Shown here in pieces: positions 37,019-48,603 of a DNA stretch of 64,000 bases. The translations under genes were made by a program, and so were the position numbers. The notes under the pieces are model-generated. The model saw nothing but the letters and a program-made list of their open reading frames with translations, searched no databases and was not told where the DNA came from. This DNA is from an uncultured candidate division Zixibacteria bacterium. GTDB lineage: Bacteria > Zixibacteria > MSB-5A5 > GN15 > FEB-12. Position 1 is the stretch's first letter; each line of letters starts with the position of its first letter. Where the stretch lies: assembly GCA_963735035.1 (NCBI GenBank), contig CAVTJJ010000003.1:1-64000 (forward strand). Reading direction: 5' to 3'.

Positions 37019-38391
37019 CGCGACGCCATCCTCTCAAGTATCAGCCGCTTTATGTGCGTGATGGACCCGGCACCGACCGTGATAACCAAATCACCCGGTT
37101 TGGCCAGCCGCACAACTTCATCAAGCGCGTTTTCCTTGACGCCGACATAACTGAAATTGCGGGCCCCTTTGGCCTCAGCCCGTTTCTTGATCAATTCCGA
37201 AGTTATGCCTTCGATGGGCAGCTCGCGCGCCGGATATATGTCGGTCAGGATGCAATGGTCGGCGGTCGCGAGCACGTCGGCAAATTCATTCACGAAGTCC
37301 CGCGTTCGGGAGAACAGGTGCGGCTGGAAGATCACGATCAGGCGACGATTGTAGGCTTCACGAGCCGTATTGATCGTAGCGCGGATCTCGGTCGGATGGT
37401 GAGCGTAGTCGTCAATGACCAGAACGCCGCCCGCTTCGCCGACAATTTCGAACCGTCGTCCCACCCCACGGAAACCGAGCAGCGCCTTGGCTATGACGGC
37501 AAACGGTACCTCTAATTCGGTAGCGGCGGCGGCGGCGGCCAGCGCGTTGGCGACATTGTGGCGACCGGGCACTTTCAATTGAATTTCGCCCAGGCATTCC
37601 TCGCGGCGGAAGATCGAGAACTTCGTGCCGCCGTCGCCCGGTTTCAGATCGACCGCCCGATAGTCGGCTTCAAGTGAGAAGCCGAACGTCACGTAAGGAC
37701 GCGTGAACCGAGGCAACAAACTCTTGATATTGGGGTCGTCGGCCGACACTACCGCCATCCCGTAAAACGGCACCCGATTGATGTATGACAAGAAGGCGCC
37801 CCGGAGATCGTCCATGTCGCTGTAGCAGTCCAGATGATCCGGCTCAACATTGAGCACGACCGCCATGCTGGGGAACATCGCGAAAATCGAGCGGTCGTAT
37901 TCGTCCACTTCCGCGACCAGATAATCACCCTTGCCGAGCGATGCGCCGGTGCCAAGTTCGGCCACGATACCGCCCACCACGAGCGTCGGGTGAAGCTCTG
38001 CCATCTGCAGGATGCGGCCGATCATCGACGTGGTCGTGGTCTTGCCATGCGTCCCGGCAATGCCGACCGAAAATTTCAGCCGCATCAGTTCGCCGAGCAT
38101 TTCGGCCCGCTTGATGATCGGTATGCCGAGCTGTCGCGCAGCGATTAATTCGGGGTTGTCCTTTGAAATCGCGGACGAAATAACGACCACATCGGCTTTG
38201 CCCAGATTCTCGGCCTGATGTCCACCGAAGCAGTGGATGCCGATCTTCTGCAGATACTCGGTAACCTCGCTGGGGGTACTGTCGGAGCCGGTGATGGCAT
38301 AACCCAAATTGAAAAGTATCTCGGCGATTCCGGACATACCCGCGCCGCCGATACCTATGAAGTGAAGCCGTTTGAATCTGCCGAACATCAT
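37015..38391 (-). CDS. murC: UDP-N-acetylmuramate--L-alanine ligase
   Basis: HFIGIGGAGMSGIA, GTHGKTTTT, DDYAHHPTEI, FQPH. Confidence 0.97.
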   Translation of the reverse strand: MMFGRFKRLHFIGIGGAGMSGIAEILFNLGYAITGSDSTPSEVTEYLQKIGIHCFGGHQAENLGKADVVVISSAISKDNPELIAARQLGIPIIKRAEMLGELMRLKFSVGIAGTHGKTTTTSMIGRILQMAELHPTLVVGGIVAELGTGASLGKGDYLVAEVDEYDRSIFAMFPSMAVVLNVEPDHLDCYSDMDDLRGAFLSYINRVPFYGMAVVSADDPNIKSLLPRFTRPYVTFGFSLEADYRAVDLKPGDGGTKFSIFRREECLGEIQLKVPGRHNVANALAAAAAATELEVPFAVIAKALLGFRGVGRRFEIVGEAGGVLVIDDYAHHPTEIRATINTAREAYNRRLIVIFQPHLFSRTRDFVNEFADVLATADHCILTDIYPARELPIEGITSELIKKRAEAKGARNFSYVGVKENALDEVVRLAKPGDLVITVGAGSITHIKRLILERMASR

Positions 38392-38434
38392 CTTGTTGCT
38401 CACAAATCTGACGGCCTGTTCCGTCACCGGGTGC

Positions 38435-39586
38435 TCACCGATCAACCGTGGCCTCCTGCGCCTTCGCCGCAATCTTCAAAATATCTTCCGCAATAACATC
38501 CACCGCCGGCTTTCGTCCGGCGAGATGCTGTCTAATATTCTGTTTCATTCGATCAACGTGACCATTGTCAAACAAGGCTCGGGCCCGCGCCAATAGATCG
38601 ACCCCGGACAAATCATCCGGATCGATCACTTCGGCATGTCCCTGAGCCGCACTGGCCCGCGCATTCATGCGCTGATGATCTCCAGCCGCATGCGGGTAGG
38701 GGACCAACAACGCCGGCAATGAAACCGCTTCGATCTCAGCCAGCGTAATGGCTCCTGCCCGGGCTACCGCGAGATCAGCCGCGGCGTACACCAGATCCAT
38801 CTTTTGTTCGAACGGAAATACAACAGTCCGCTTGAATTTGTCACCAATAACAGTGCGGATCTTGTCAAAATCATTCTGTCCGGTCTGCCAGAGGAGCTGA
38901 CAGCGCTCGGGCAATGAACCATTCTCCAGCCCCTTCATCACGGCGTCATTGATCGACCGGGCTCCCTGGGATCCGCCGAGGACCAGGATCGTTCGGCATA
39001 ATGGATCGAGGTTGAAGTAGGCCTGAGCTTCTTTTCGATCACCAGTCGCAATCGACTTTCGCACCGGGTTACCGGTCGTAATAGCCGCGACCGTGGATGG
39101 CAGGTACTGGCGCGCCTCGTCGAAACCGAGATACACCCGCGTAGCCGAACCAGCCAAGCGTCGGGTAGTGACCCCTGGGAACGAGTTCTGTTCCTGCAGA
39201 ACAGTCGGGATCTTCATTCGGGCGGCCATGGTCAGAACCGGCCAGCAGACGTAACCGCCGGTGCCAATGACCAGGTCCGGGCGGAATTCTTTCAGGATAG
39301 ATCGCGACTCCCAGAGTGATTTGACCGCCAGGAACGGTACGGCCAGGTTCTTAAGAGTCATACTCCGGGCCAGGCCCCGCACACTGATAAGTTGTAGATG
39401 GTATGGGAGGGATTCGCGGAGACGGTATTCGATACCCCGAGGGGTCCCCACGAACATAACGTTCTTATGGCCTTCGTCACCGACCAACTCACAGACGCGG
39501 TCGGCAATGGAAACGGCCGGAAAGAAGTGGCCTCCGGTCCCGCCCCCGGCTATAACCAGACGGACGGGCCGTGAGCCGGTGGTCAT
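38435..39586 (-). CDS. murG: Lipid II GlcNAc transferase MurG
   Basis: GGGTGGH, GTGGYV, EQN, GNPVR, GGSQGA, RAGA. Confidence 0.97.
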   Translation of the reverse strand: MTTGSRPVRLVIAGGGTGGHFFPAVSIADRVCELVGDEGHKNVMFVGTPRGIEYRLRESLPYHLQLISVRGLARSMTLKNLAVPFLAVKSLWESRSILKEFRPDLVIGTGGYVCWPVLTMAARMKIPTVLQEQNSFPGVTTRRLAGSATRVYLGFDEARQYLPSTVAAITTGNPVRKSIATGDRKEAQAYFNLDPLCRTILVLGGSQGARSINDAVMKGLENGSLPERCQLLWQTGQNDFDKIRTVIGDKFKRTVVFPFEQKMDLVYAAADLAVARAGAITLAEIEAVSLPALLVPYPHAAGDHQRMNARASAAQGHAEVIDPDDLSGVDLLARARALFDNGHVDRMKQNIRQHLAGRKPAVDVIAEDILKIAAKAQEATVDR

Positions 39587-40680
39587 TTTACCACCCTCCT
39601 TGATAGATTCAACAGCACCCCAATCGCGGCGCTACAAACCAGCAGCGAGGAGCCGCCGTAGGAGAGAAACGGCAGGGCGCGGCCGGTAACCGGCAAAATC
39701 GATGTCACCACACCGATGTTAATGGCAATATTGACGAACAGCGCCCAGGTCATCCCGGATGCTAGCAGGAAACCGAACCGGTCGGGCTGCTGCATAGCGA
39801 TACGACAGCCCCGCCAGAGGATGTAGAACATCACTCCGAGCACAGCCATGAGGCCGATAAAGCCCATTTCTTCACCGATGGTCGCCAGGATGAAGTCGGT
39901 GTGCGGATAGGGCAGGAAGAACAGTTTTTGATGGCCATCGCCGAGCCCCGTACCGAACAAGCCCCCGGAGCCGAATGTCAGCACCGCCTGCTTGACCTGG
40001 TAGCTTCCATGAAGCGGGTCGGAGATGGCCGCTATATAGTCCAGTACTCTATCTCTCTTGTATCCCAGAACAAACACTACGAAACTGCCCAGCGCGGCTG
40101 CAGGAACGGTTGCCAGCGCCAGATGATAGAGGCGTGCGCCCGCGAGAAACATGATGCCCAGCACCGACATCGAGAGCACGATCACGGCTCCCAGGTCGGG
40201 TTCGAGAATGATCAGGATAGCGCCAACACCAATGATCGGGATATACGGGAAGAGCAGTTGCCGCCAGTCCGATAGATTCCGCTTTGGATTCGACAGCGAG
40301 AAGGCCAGATAGTACACAACAAGGAACTTGAAGAGCTCCGACGGTTGAAACGTAAACGGCCCCAAGAACAGCCAGCGGTGGGAGCCGTTGCGGGCCGGCA
40401 TCAGAAAGGCGATGCACAGAAGCACGACCGTGAATCCCAGCGCCGGGACCGAATATACCGCCAGCTTCTGGAGATCGAGCCGTCCGATCAACCAGATACA
40501 AAAGAGCGACAGGACTCCCCAGAGCGCCTGGTTGCGGAAGAAATGCAGGTGCGACCCGAACCGGCTTTCGGCAATAATTGACGAGGCCGAGTAGATCATT
40601 ATCATACCGGCAACTAGAATCAGCAGATAGGCCAGCAGGAGCCGTTCGTCTATAGCTGTCTTAACGCGCCACGGTTTCAT
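39583..40680 (-). CDS. ftsW: Peptidoglycan polymerase FtsW
   Basis: Multi-TM; NGSHRW, QPSE, EPDLG, LPYPHTDFI, LPFLSYGGSS. Confidence 0.95.
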   Translation of the reverse strand: MKPWRVKTAIDERLLLAYLLILVAGMIMIYSASSIIAESRFGSHLHFFRNQALWGVLSLFCIWLIGRLDLQKLAVYSVPALGFTVVLLCIAFLMPARNGSHRWLFLGPFTFQPSELFKFLVVYYLAFSLSNPKRNLSDWRQLLFPYIPIIGVGAILIILEPDLGAVIVLSMSVLGIMFLAGARLYHLALATVPAAALGSFVVFVLGYKRDRVLDYIAAISDPLHGSYQVKQAVLTFGSGGLFGTGLGDGHQKLFFLPYPHTDFILATIGEEMGFIGLMAVLGVMFYILWRGCRIAMQQPDRFGFLLASGMTWALFVNIAINIGVVTSILPVTGRALPFLSYGGSSLLVCSAAIGVLLNLSRRVVK

Positions 40681-42052
40681 CGGAACTCTTACCGTTTCTT
40701 AGTTTCTTGACCACTTCTTTGAATACCCGGCCGCGATGTTCGTAATTTTCGAACTGATCGAAACTGGCGCATCCGGGCGACAACAGCACCGTCTCCCCGG
40801 GATGAGCCATCTCGAAGCACTTGATCATCGCTTCCTCGAGATTCTCCGCAAACTGGGTCGGTATTAGACGACCGAGGGCGTTGAAGACCTTCTCCCTCGC
40901 CTCGCCGATAGCCACGATCCCTCGTATTTTGCCCTCGCCGTAGTCGGCCAGAAGTTCGAACTGTCCGCCCTTGTCTCGACCTCCCAGTATCAGATAGAGC
41001 GGAGTATTGACCGAGCGGAGAGCCCAGCGGACGGAATCGACATTAGTTGCCTTGGAGTCGTTGATAAAAGTCACACCGGCCACTACCCCGGCCCGTTCGA
41101 GACGGTGCTCGACACCGGAGAAACTGGACAGCACGCGCGCCATCACTTCCGGAGTAACTTTGAATTGCGCAGCCATGGTAATGGCCGCGCTGGCGTTCTG
41201 AAGGTTGTGCGGTCCTTTGATAGCGATCTGGTCGCAGGCAATGATGCGAGTCTCTTTGCCGCCGATTCGGGTCCACAACCAACCGTCGACCGCATACGAA
41301 TCACACGTCTTGACTGCTTCAGCCGAGAAGAACGCCTTTCGGGCTCGGCTCGGAGGGTTATCAGCCACCGACTCAGGATCATCCTGGTTGAGAATGAATA
41401 CGTCGGTCTCGTTCTGATTCTCAGTGATCCGATACTTGGCTTTTTTGTAACCTTCGAAACTGCCATGACGGTCGATATGATCCGGAGTGAGATTCAGAAT
41501 CGCCGCCACTTTGGGGCGGAACTCCGAGATCGTCTCGAGTTGGAATGAGGAGACTTCAACCACCGCGATGCTTTCAGGTTTCATCAGACCGACCACATCG
41601 GCAAGCGGGCGCCCGATATTGCCACATACGTGGGTATCGAACCCGGCCGCTGTCATGATCTCGCCTACGAGAGTCGTTGTCGTGGTCTTGCCGTTGGCGC
41701 CGGTTATGGCAATTATCGGACCGGGACATACCCATGAGGCCACTTCGAGCTCAGAAAACACGGGGATCCCCCGGTTGCGCGCCTGGACGACTATGTCCGC
41801 CGTGACCCACACGCCGGGCGATATCACGAGGTAGTCGCAGTTGAGCACCTGCTCGGTGTGACCGCCGGTCTCGAACGGTATCCCCAGATTCTTGAGCTCC
41901 GTGCACTGAGCCGCGACTTTGGCCTCTGGAGCGCCGTCGGACACAAAAGGGTGTCCCTGGTACGCCTTTACCAGCCGCGCCGTGGCCATGCCCGACCGGG
42001 CCATGCCGATGATGCCGACTCGGCGGCCTCTGATCCGTTCTTGTACCGTCAT
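40661..42052 (-). CDS. murD: UDP-MurNAc-L-Ala--D-glutamate ligase
   Basis: ITGANGKTTTT, EVSSFQLE, NDSKATN, LLSPGCASFDQF. Confidence 0.97.
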   Translation of the reverse strand: MTVQERIRGRRVGIIGMARSGMATARLVKAYQGHPFVSDGAPEAKVAAQCTELKNLGIPFETGGHTEQVLNCDYLVISPGVWVTADIVVQARNRGIPVFSELEVASWVCPGPIIAITGANGKTTTTTLVGEIMTAAGFDTHVCGNIGRPLADVVGLMKPESIAVVEVSSFQLETISEFRPKVAAILNLTPDHIDRHGSFEGYKKAKYRITENQNETDVFILNQDDPESVADNPPSRARKAFFSAEAVKTCDSYAVDGWLWTRIGGKETRIIACDQIAIKGPHNLQNASAAITMAAQFKVTPEVMARVLSSFSGVEHRLERAGVVAGVTFINDSKATNVDSVRWALRSVNTPLYLILGGRDKGGQFELLADYGEGKIRGIVAIGEAREKVFNALGRLIPTQFAENLEEAMIKCFEMAHPGETVLLSPGCASFDQFENYEHRGRVFKEVVKKLRNGKSSDETVAR

Positions 42053-43137
42053 CGTATTTTCAGCGTCGCCAGCGTGAGCAGGGTGAAGAGAGCGCCGACT
42101 ATCCAATAGCGCACTACCACCTTCGACTCCGGCCAGCCTATTAGTTCAAAGTGATGATGCAGCGGGGCCATCTTGAATACGCGTTTCCCTCCCCGGTAAC
42201 GATATGACAAAACCTGGATGATCACCGAGAGGGTGGTTACTACAAATACTCCGCCGACTATCACCAACAAGAGTTCTTTCTTGAGCAAAATTGCAATCGC
42301 CCCCAAAGCACCTCCCAGCGCCAGCGAGCCGGTGTCGCCCATGAACACTTCCGCCGGATGCGAATTGAACCAGAGGAATCCCAGGGCGGAACCGACTGCC
42401 GCCCCGCAATAGATGGCCAGCTCGCCGGACCCCGGCAGGTAGTCGATCTGCAGGTACTGCGAGTAGTCGAGACGTCCGCTCAGATAGGCGATGCCGCCGA
42501 ACGCTATGAAAGAAAGCCCGCACAGACCTATTGCCAGGCCATCGAGACCGTCGGTCAGATTGACCGCGTTTGAGAATCCGGTAATCACAAATATGATGAA
42601 CGGAATGTACAACGGACCGAGAATAAGGACATAATTCTTGAAGAACGGTATTCCGGTGGTGCCGTCGTATAGCCCTCCCGGCGACATGAACAGCAGACTC
42701 AACCCGAACAGAAGGCCCAGCACTACCTGGCCAATCATCTTCTTGCGAGCCACGAGGCCGCGCGGCTGGTGCTTCATCGCCTTGAGATAGTCGTCCATGA
42801 AACCGATAGCGCCGAGCCAGACCGTGACAAAAAGAACCGCCCAGACGAAATAGTTGGTGAGGTTGGCCCAGAGCAGGGTCGGAATGATAATTCCTGCCAG
42901 AACGATCAGGCCGCCCATAGTCGGCGTGCCTTCCTTCTTCTTGTGGGTAGCGGGACCCTCTTCGCGAATCCTCTCCGCCACCTGATACTTCTTGAGCAGT
43001 CGGATGAAATAGGGACCGAGGATTAGACAGATGAAGATCGCCGTGACGGTCGCACCGGCAGTGCGAAATGTAATATAGCGGAAGAGATTGAAAACGGAAA
43101 AATGCTGCGCCAACGGATACAACAGATGATAGAACAT
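42049..43137 (-). CDS. mraY: Phospho-MurNAc-pentapeptide transferase
   Basis: GTPTMGG, NAVNLTDGLDGLA, VFMGDTGSL, MAPLHHHFE. Confidence 0.98.
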   Translation of the reverse strand: MFYHLLYPLAQHFSVFNLFRYITFRTAGATVTAIFICLILGPYFIRLLKKYQVAERIREEGPATHKKKEGTPTMGGLIVLAGIIIPTLLWANLTNYFVWAVLFVTVWLGAIGFMDDYLKAMKHQPRGLVARKKMIGQVVLGLLFGLSLLFMSPGGLYDGTTGIPFFKNYVLILGPLYIPFIIFVITGFSNAVNLTDGLDGLAIGLCGLSFIAFGGIAYLSGRLDYSQYLQIDYLPGSGELAIYCGAAVGSALGFLWFNSHPAEVFMGDTGSLALGGALGAIAILLKKELLLVIVGGVFVVTTLSVIIQVLSYRYRGGKRVFKMAPLHHHFELIGWPESKVVVRYWIVGALFTLLTLATLKIR

Positions 43138-44525
43138 CAGGACCTCTTCTCTTCCGCGCAGAACTTCAGAACCGCTTCGAGTCCGATACCCCGCGATCCC
43201 TTGATATAGACCAGATCACCCGGCCGTAACAGTGTCTCTGCTGATAGAGCACACGAGGCAGCATCGACAAAGTGATGCAATTGTGACGCTTTCATTCCGG
43301 CAGCCAGAGCGGTGTCGGCGGTGTGACGTGACATCGGACCGACCACCATGACCAGGGGGAACGACTGGGCGGCCAGCAAGACGCCTATCTCACGGTGAAA
43401 CGCCGCCGATGCCTCCCCCAGTTCCAGCATGTCGCCCAGTATTACGACTTTGCGCCCGGTGTGGGGATACTGCGAGAACGATTTCAGCCCAGCCTTGACC
43501 GATTCCGGATTAGCATTGTAGCAATCGGCCACAATTGTCATACCGGCGGCTTCTATGATTTCGCCCCGCATAGCGGCGGTCGAAAGCGGGATTGAGAGAG
43601 TGTCTACAGTTTTGAAATTGCAGCCGACCGACCGGGCAATGGCGTATGCAGCCAGCAGATTGTACACCTGGTACTCGCCAAACAGTGGCAGGCGGAAGCG
43701 ATGCCCTTCAATCGCAACTTCCATGCCGGTCGCAGTTGATTCTATCGAATCAGGATGAAAGTCGGCATTAGTGCGAAGACCAAATGTGGTTGGCTGTGTT
43801 CCTACTGCGACCACTTCCTTCATCAGTACCGGGTCGTCGGCATTGACTACTAACGCGGCATTTGACGCGGCATATTTCATCGCGCTCAACTTTTCGCGCG
43901 CAACGTCTTCTACCGTCCCAAGAAATTCAAGATGTGTAGGGCCGACATTGGTCACCGCCAACACATGCGGCTTCACGAGTGACGCCAGGCGATTCATTTC
44001 GCCGGGCACCGAGATGCCCATTTCGAGCACCGCCCAGCGAGTCTCTTTCGGCATCGAGAACAGGGCCAACGGAATACCGAAGAGATTGTTGAAGTTTCCC
44101 GGAGAGCGATAGACAGCCGGGTCAAAGGCTGTCAGAAGTCGATAGGTGAATTCTTTCGTGGTCGTCTTGCCGTTCGATCCCGTTATGCCGAGGCGCCAGG
44201 CCGGAATCGTCGCCAGATATTCGCCCGCAAGCCGAATCATGGCAGCATGCGTATCTTCTACCTCTACTACTGCGATACCGTCAGGAAGTGGCTTGTCAAT
44301 GAAGTGCTTATTACTAACCACAAGGCCTGCGGCGTGGCGGGCAATTACCTGATCGATATACCGATGCCCATCCTGGCGTTCACCCTTGATGGCGAAGAAC
44401 AATTGCCCGGTTTCGATAGAACGACTATCGGTCGACACTCCCGTGAACGAACGGGAGCCGAGGTCGGCGGTGCGAAGTTGTCCGCCGGTCATGGCGGCTA
44501 GTTGGTCGAAACGCAACGTAATCAC
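43137..44525 (-). CDS. murF: UDP-MurNAc-tripeptide--D-Ala-D-Ala ligase
   Basis: ITGSNGKTTTKE, GNFNN, DCYNANPES, LGDMLELG, KGSRG. Confidence 0.96.
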   Translation of the reverse strand: MITLRFDQLAAMTGGQLRTADLGSRSFTGVSTDSRSIETGQLFFAIKGERQDGHRYIDQVIARHAAGLVVSNKHFIDKPLPDGIAVVEVEDTHAAMIRLAGEYLATIPAWRLGITGSNGKTTTKEFTYRLLTAFDPAVYRSPGNFNNLFGIPLALFSMPKETRWAVLEMGISVPGEMNRLASLVKPHVLAVTNVGPTHLEFLGTVEDVAREKLSAMKYAASNAALVVNADDPVLMKEVVAVGTQPTTFGLRTNADFHPDSIESTATGMEVAIEGHRFRLPLFGEYQVYNLLAAYAIARSVGCNFKTVDTLSIPLSTAAMRGEIIEAAGMTIVADCYNANPESVKAGLKSFSQYPHTGRKVVILGDMLELGEASAAFHREIGVLLAAQSFPLVMVVGPMSRHTADTALAAGMKASQLHHFVDAASCALSAETLLRPGDLVYIKGSRGIGLEAVLKFCAEEKRS

Positions 44526-46007
44526 CTCTCCTCGACCGCTCCAGATAGTTTGAATCCCATGCGGCCCAGCGCCGCGACGGCTTCTTCTGAATCGCTGAAC
44601 GGGAACTTTTCGCCCTTGATTTCCTGATACGGTTCGGCCCCTTTGCCGGCCAACAGGACGGCATCGCCGGGTCCCGCCTGTTTCAGAATCGTCTCGATCG
44701 CCTTGCGACGGTCGATGACGATTTCATAATTGTATCCGGACAGCCCCGGTTTGATATCGTTTATGATCGCCTCGGGGTCTTCTGATCGGGGATTGTCCGA
44801 CGTGACAACAACGTAGTGGGCGTTTTCGACCGCCGCTTGGGCCATTAGTGGGCGCTTCCCTTTGTCGCGGTCACCGCCGCAACCAAAGAGCAGGAACAAG
44901 CGACCGTCGTTGATTTCGCGTACTGTCTCGCACAGACGGATGATCGCATCGGGGGTGTGAGCGTAGTCGACATACACGGCAAATGGCTGGCCGCAATCAA
45001 TCGTGTTCAGGCGACCCGGAATCGGCAGAGTATCTTCGAGACCGGTCACAACACTGTCGATATCGACTCCTGCCGCCAGACCACCACCCGCCGCCGCCAG
45101 AGCGTTTTGAAGATTGAACCTGCCCGGTAATTTGAGGTTTACGGTTCGATTTCCCATGGGAGTGACGAGATCGAAGATCGTTCCGGTCGGTTTCAAGTCG
45201 AAGTCGCCGCAATGGATGTCGGCCTTACGGTCGCGCAACGAATATGACATGTGCGAACAGTTCAATTCGCCGAACAGCGGTCGGAATTCTTCGACATCGA
45301 GATTGACCACCGCATAGCTCAGTTCGCCGGTGAGTTTTCGCGCCAGACGGAACTTCGCCTGCGCATAGTCTTCCATCGTCTTGTGAAAATCGAGATGATC
45401 CCGGGTCAGGTTCGTGTAGACCGCCACCCGGAAATCGACATGATCCACGCGATTGAGCATCAGCGCATGCGAAGAAACTTCCATGACGACATTGACACAA
45501 AAATTCCGCTTCATCAGAAAGAGCAGACGCTGAATGTCGAGCGATTCCGGAGTCGTGCGTTCGGCGGCGAATTTCTCACGGCCGGTATCGTACACTAGCG
45601 AGCAGATCAACCCGGTGGTCTTGTTGCGCGCCAGCATCATGTTGCGAATCATGAAACAGGTAGTGGTCTTGCCATTAGTGCCGGTGACACCACACGCTTT
45701 GATGCGCTGCCCCGGGAAACCGTAGAAGGTCGCCGCAGTCGTCGCCATCGCCGAACGCATATCCGGCACCTGAACGTGATTCGCTACCCCATCGCAGCTT
45801 CGAACGCTCGCCCATCACCGCCACCGCGCCCCGCTCGACTGCGTCTTTCACATAGTCATAGCCGTCCTGCTTGAAACCCTTGACGGCAAAGAAGAGCGAT
45901 CCGGGCTTGATCAGGCGCGAGTCATACTCGACCTGGGCGATTTCGACTGCGCCGTCGCCGGTCAGGCTGGCCCCTTCGATCGAGGCTATGAGCTGCTGGA
46001 GGTTAAT
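44522..46007 (-). CDS. murE: UDP-MurNAc-dipeptide--DAP ligase; apparent frameshift near 45800, probable ATT start
   Basis: YDSR...LFFAVKG...DG in the 5' fragment; GVTGTNGKTT, MEVSSH, DYAHTPD, DNPR (mDAP-specific) in the 3' fragment. Confidence 0.9.
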
Positions 46008-48103
46008 GAATCGCTCCTTTCCTGACTCGGTCCGCAGATCAACTGACAATTAAGATCGGCGGTGACGGCCTTGCCCGGAGGTACCGACTGCGATGTCACA
46101 CAGCCGGAACCGACTATCGTGTAATTGATACCCAGAAATTCAAGAAAGGCGGTGGCGCGACGAATGGTTTCACCGCGAAGATCGATCATGGCCGGAAGAC
46201 TCCCCCCCGGCAGCATCACCGCCACGACAACTGAGTCCTTGCTCAGAATCTGACGGTCGGCGGCCGGGTACTGCCAGACGATCACACCGCGTGAGCTATC
46301 GCACTTGAGGGTCACGCCCTGGCTCTTCGCCAACATACGGGCCTGGTATATATCACGTCCCACAAAGTCCGGTACTTCGACCGTCAGCGTGGCCGGGCGT
46401 GGTCTCTTTTCGCAAATCCGTTCGCTGGCGGCGAAGAGGTCCGGATGCGACACCGTATACCGTTCCGCTATGTGACGGAACGCCTTGCCTGAGGTCAGAC
46501 CGCCGTAGGTGATCGGCTTCGGATCCTTAAGCGCCACGATACCGGCGATCACCGGCGCCTCGGCCGGGAAGAAACCGCAGAAGGAAGCCATGAACTTGTG
46601 CTGGTAATAACCGCCCTGTTCCAGGTTCGGCAATTGGGCGGTACCGGTCTTGCCGGCGATATTGACGAAGTCGGAATTGACCAGCTTGCCGGTGCCGTTT
46701 TCGACCACACCGCGCATGAAGGCTCGCAGCGTGTCGGCTGAGACTCTTGTTTAGGGCGGTGCCGATGACTTTCGGCTCGCCGGTACGCCGGACGTACCCA
46801 TCTTTGTCAACATACCCAAGTATCAGGTGCGGTTCGAAAAGCTGGCCCCCGTTGGCTATCGCCGCCACGGCATTTGACATTTGCAGGCAGGTGGTAGCCA
46901 CTGAATGGCCCATCGCCAGACGCCGCCACGTTGAAATCCGACCAGACCTGAGGCGGATGCAGTGAGCCCTTTGGTTTCGCCGGGGAAACCGAGCCCGGTT
47001 CTCTTGCCGAATCCAAACTTGCGATAGGTGTCGATCAGCGCGGGACCTTCCACCAATTGGGCACACTTACCCAGACCTATGTTACTGGAGAGTTCGATGA
47101 TCTGACGGAAATTGAGAAGACCGTGCTTCTTGTCGTCGGCCAGTGTGCGTGGCCGATGCGCCACAGACCGTTTTCACAGTAGACTTGCTGATTGAAATTG
47201 ATCACGCCGGCGTCGAGCAAAGCCGCCGCAGTAAATGGCTTGAACGCGGAGCCGGGCTCGAACTGATCCGAGAGGGCGTACAATTTGGTGGGCCGTTCCG
47301 GATCTTTCTCGAGCGGATCATAGTGGGCAATCGCCAGAATCTCACCGGTCGTGCAATCCATGAAAGCGGCCATGCCCAATTGAGCATTGAAAGAATCAAC
47401 CGCGGCTTCGAGCTCCTGCTCGACAATCTCCTGCAGACCCCAGTCGATGGTCAGCACCACCGACTGCCCCGGATCGGGTTTCAGCAATGCCTGCTCGCGG
47501 ATCCGATAGGTGTTGCGCTGTCCGTCGCGACTGATATCCGCGTATCCAGTCGGTTCCGCTCAAGAGCGAGTCGTAGGCCAGTTCGAAACCTGACAGTCCA
47601 ACATTGTCGATGTTGGTGTAGCCGAGCACCTGACGTCCGACCAGCCCGAACGGATACTGACGCGTCATTTCGGTGCGAAGATAGAGCCCGGGCGGAGCTT
47701 CTTTTTCGATTCGGGCGGCCAGCCGGTCATCGAGCTGGCGCTCGATCCAGCGAAATCGATTGGCCTCAATCTTGTACTTCTTGACCGCCTCGCCCTTGCG
47801 AAGCGTGAACACTTTGTCGAGATACGCCGCAATCGCGGTCGCTTCGGCCTTTGACGACGGATGGGCGTACAGCGCCTGACGCGTCACATTCTTGGAGACG
47901 ACCCGCCCGTAGCGGTCGTAGATCATCCCCCGTTCGGCCGGGATGGGAATGCGGCCGGTCGATTGCTTTTCGACAATCGCGCTGTACTCAGCCGCATCGA
48001 CAATCTGGAACTGGACCAATCTGGCTATCGCCAGACCCAGGAATAAGACCACGGCGACCAACATCAACCCCAGCCGGATTCGTTCCATTTTCGTGCGGTT
48101 CAT
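45986..48103 (-). CDS. ftsI: Penicillin-binding protein FtsI with PASTA domains, broken by several apparent frameshifts
   Basis: Fragments contain AERGMIYDR, RQYPFG, EPGSAFK (SxxK), SSN (SxN), GKTGTAQ (KTG) and PASTA-like repeats. Confidence 0.88.
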
Positions 48104-48603
48104 TCCCCCGACTCTCCCTCTTCGTATTCTATTGTATCAAATCTGATGGGCTGAAGTTCCTGCGCCGTGGCACGAGCTTCGGTCCGCTCCGGGAGATATT
48201 CGGCGACGCGCCTGATCGACGTTATCATCGCCGCCAGTTCATCCGGGGATTTGACTTCTTTCTCCCAGGGTTCGAGGACGTAGCTGTCTGATGGCTGTAT
48301 CCGCTGCAAGCCGAGAGAGTCGACCGCGTACTTTTCGATACGGGTCGTCATTGACAGACCCGTGATTTCACTCTGGACCTTGTGGCCGTCGTCCACCAGA
48401 CCCCGGTTTTCTTTTTCGAGCAGAGACACTTCCTTGACAAGCGACAGCACCACGACCCGCTGCCAGACATGGACACAGGCAGCCGCCGTAAGAAGTACGG
48501 CAATCACGGCTATCGGGAAATAGCGGTGGGAACGAAGCCGCTTAAGCGGCATCGAGCGCATTTCCACCGTTTCGTTGTAGCTTCGAAGGGTACGCGGTTT
48601 CAT
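48100..48603 (-). CDS. ftsL: Cell division protein FtsL-like
   Basis: TM followed by coiled coil and RIEKYA...LGL; position between rsmH and ftsI. Confidence 0.75.
   Translation of the reverse strand: MKPRTLRSYNETVEMRSMPLKRLRSHRYFPIAVIAVLLTAAACVHVWQRVVVLSLVKEVSLLEKENRGLVDDGHKVQSEITGLSMTTRIEKYAVDSLGLQRIQPSDSYVLEPWEKEVKSPDELAAMITSIRRVAEYLPERTEARATAQELQPIRFDTIEYEEGESGE

Noticed and set aside
45986..48103. ftsI pseudogene / loss of septal peptidoglycan synthesis
   Set aside because: All catalytic motifs are present across the fragments and the rest of the dcw cluster is intact
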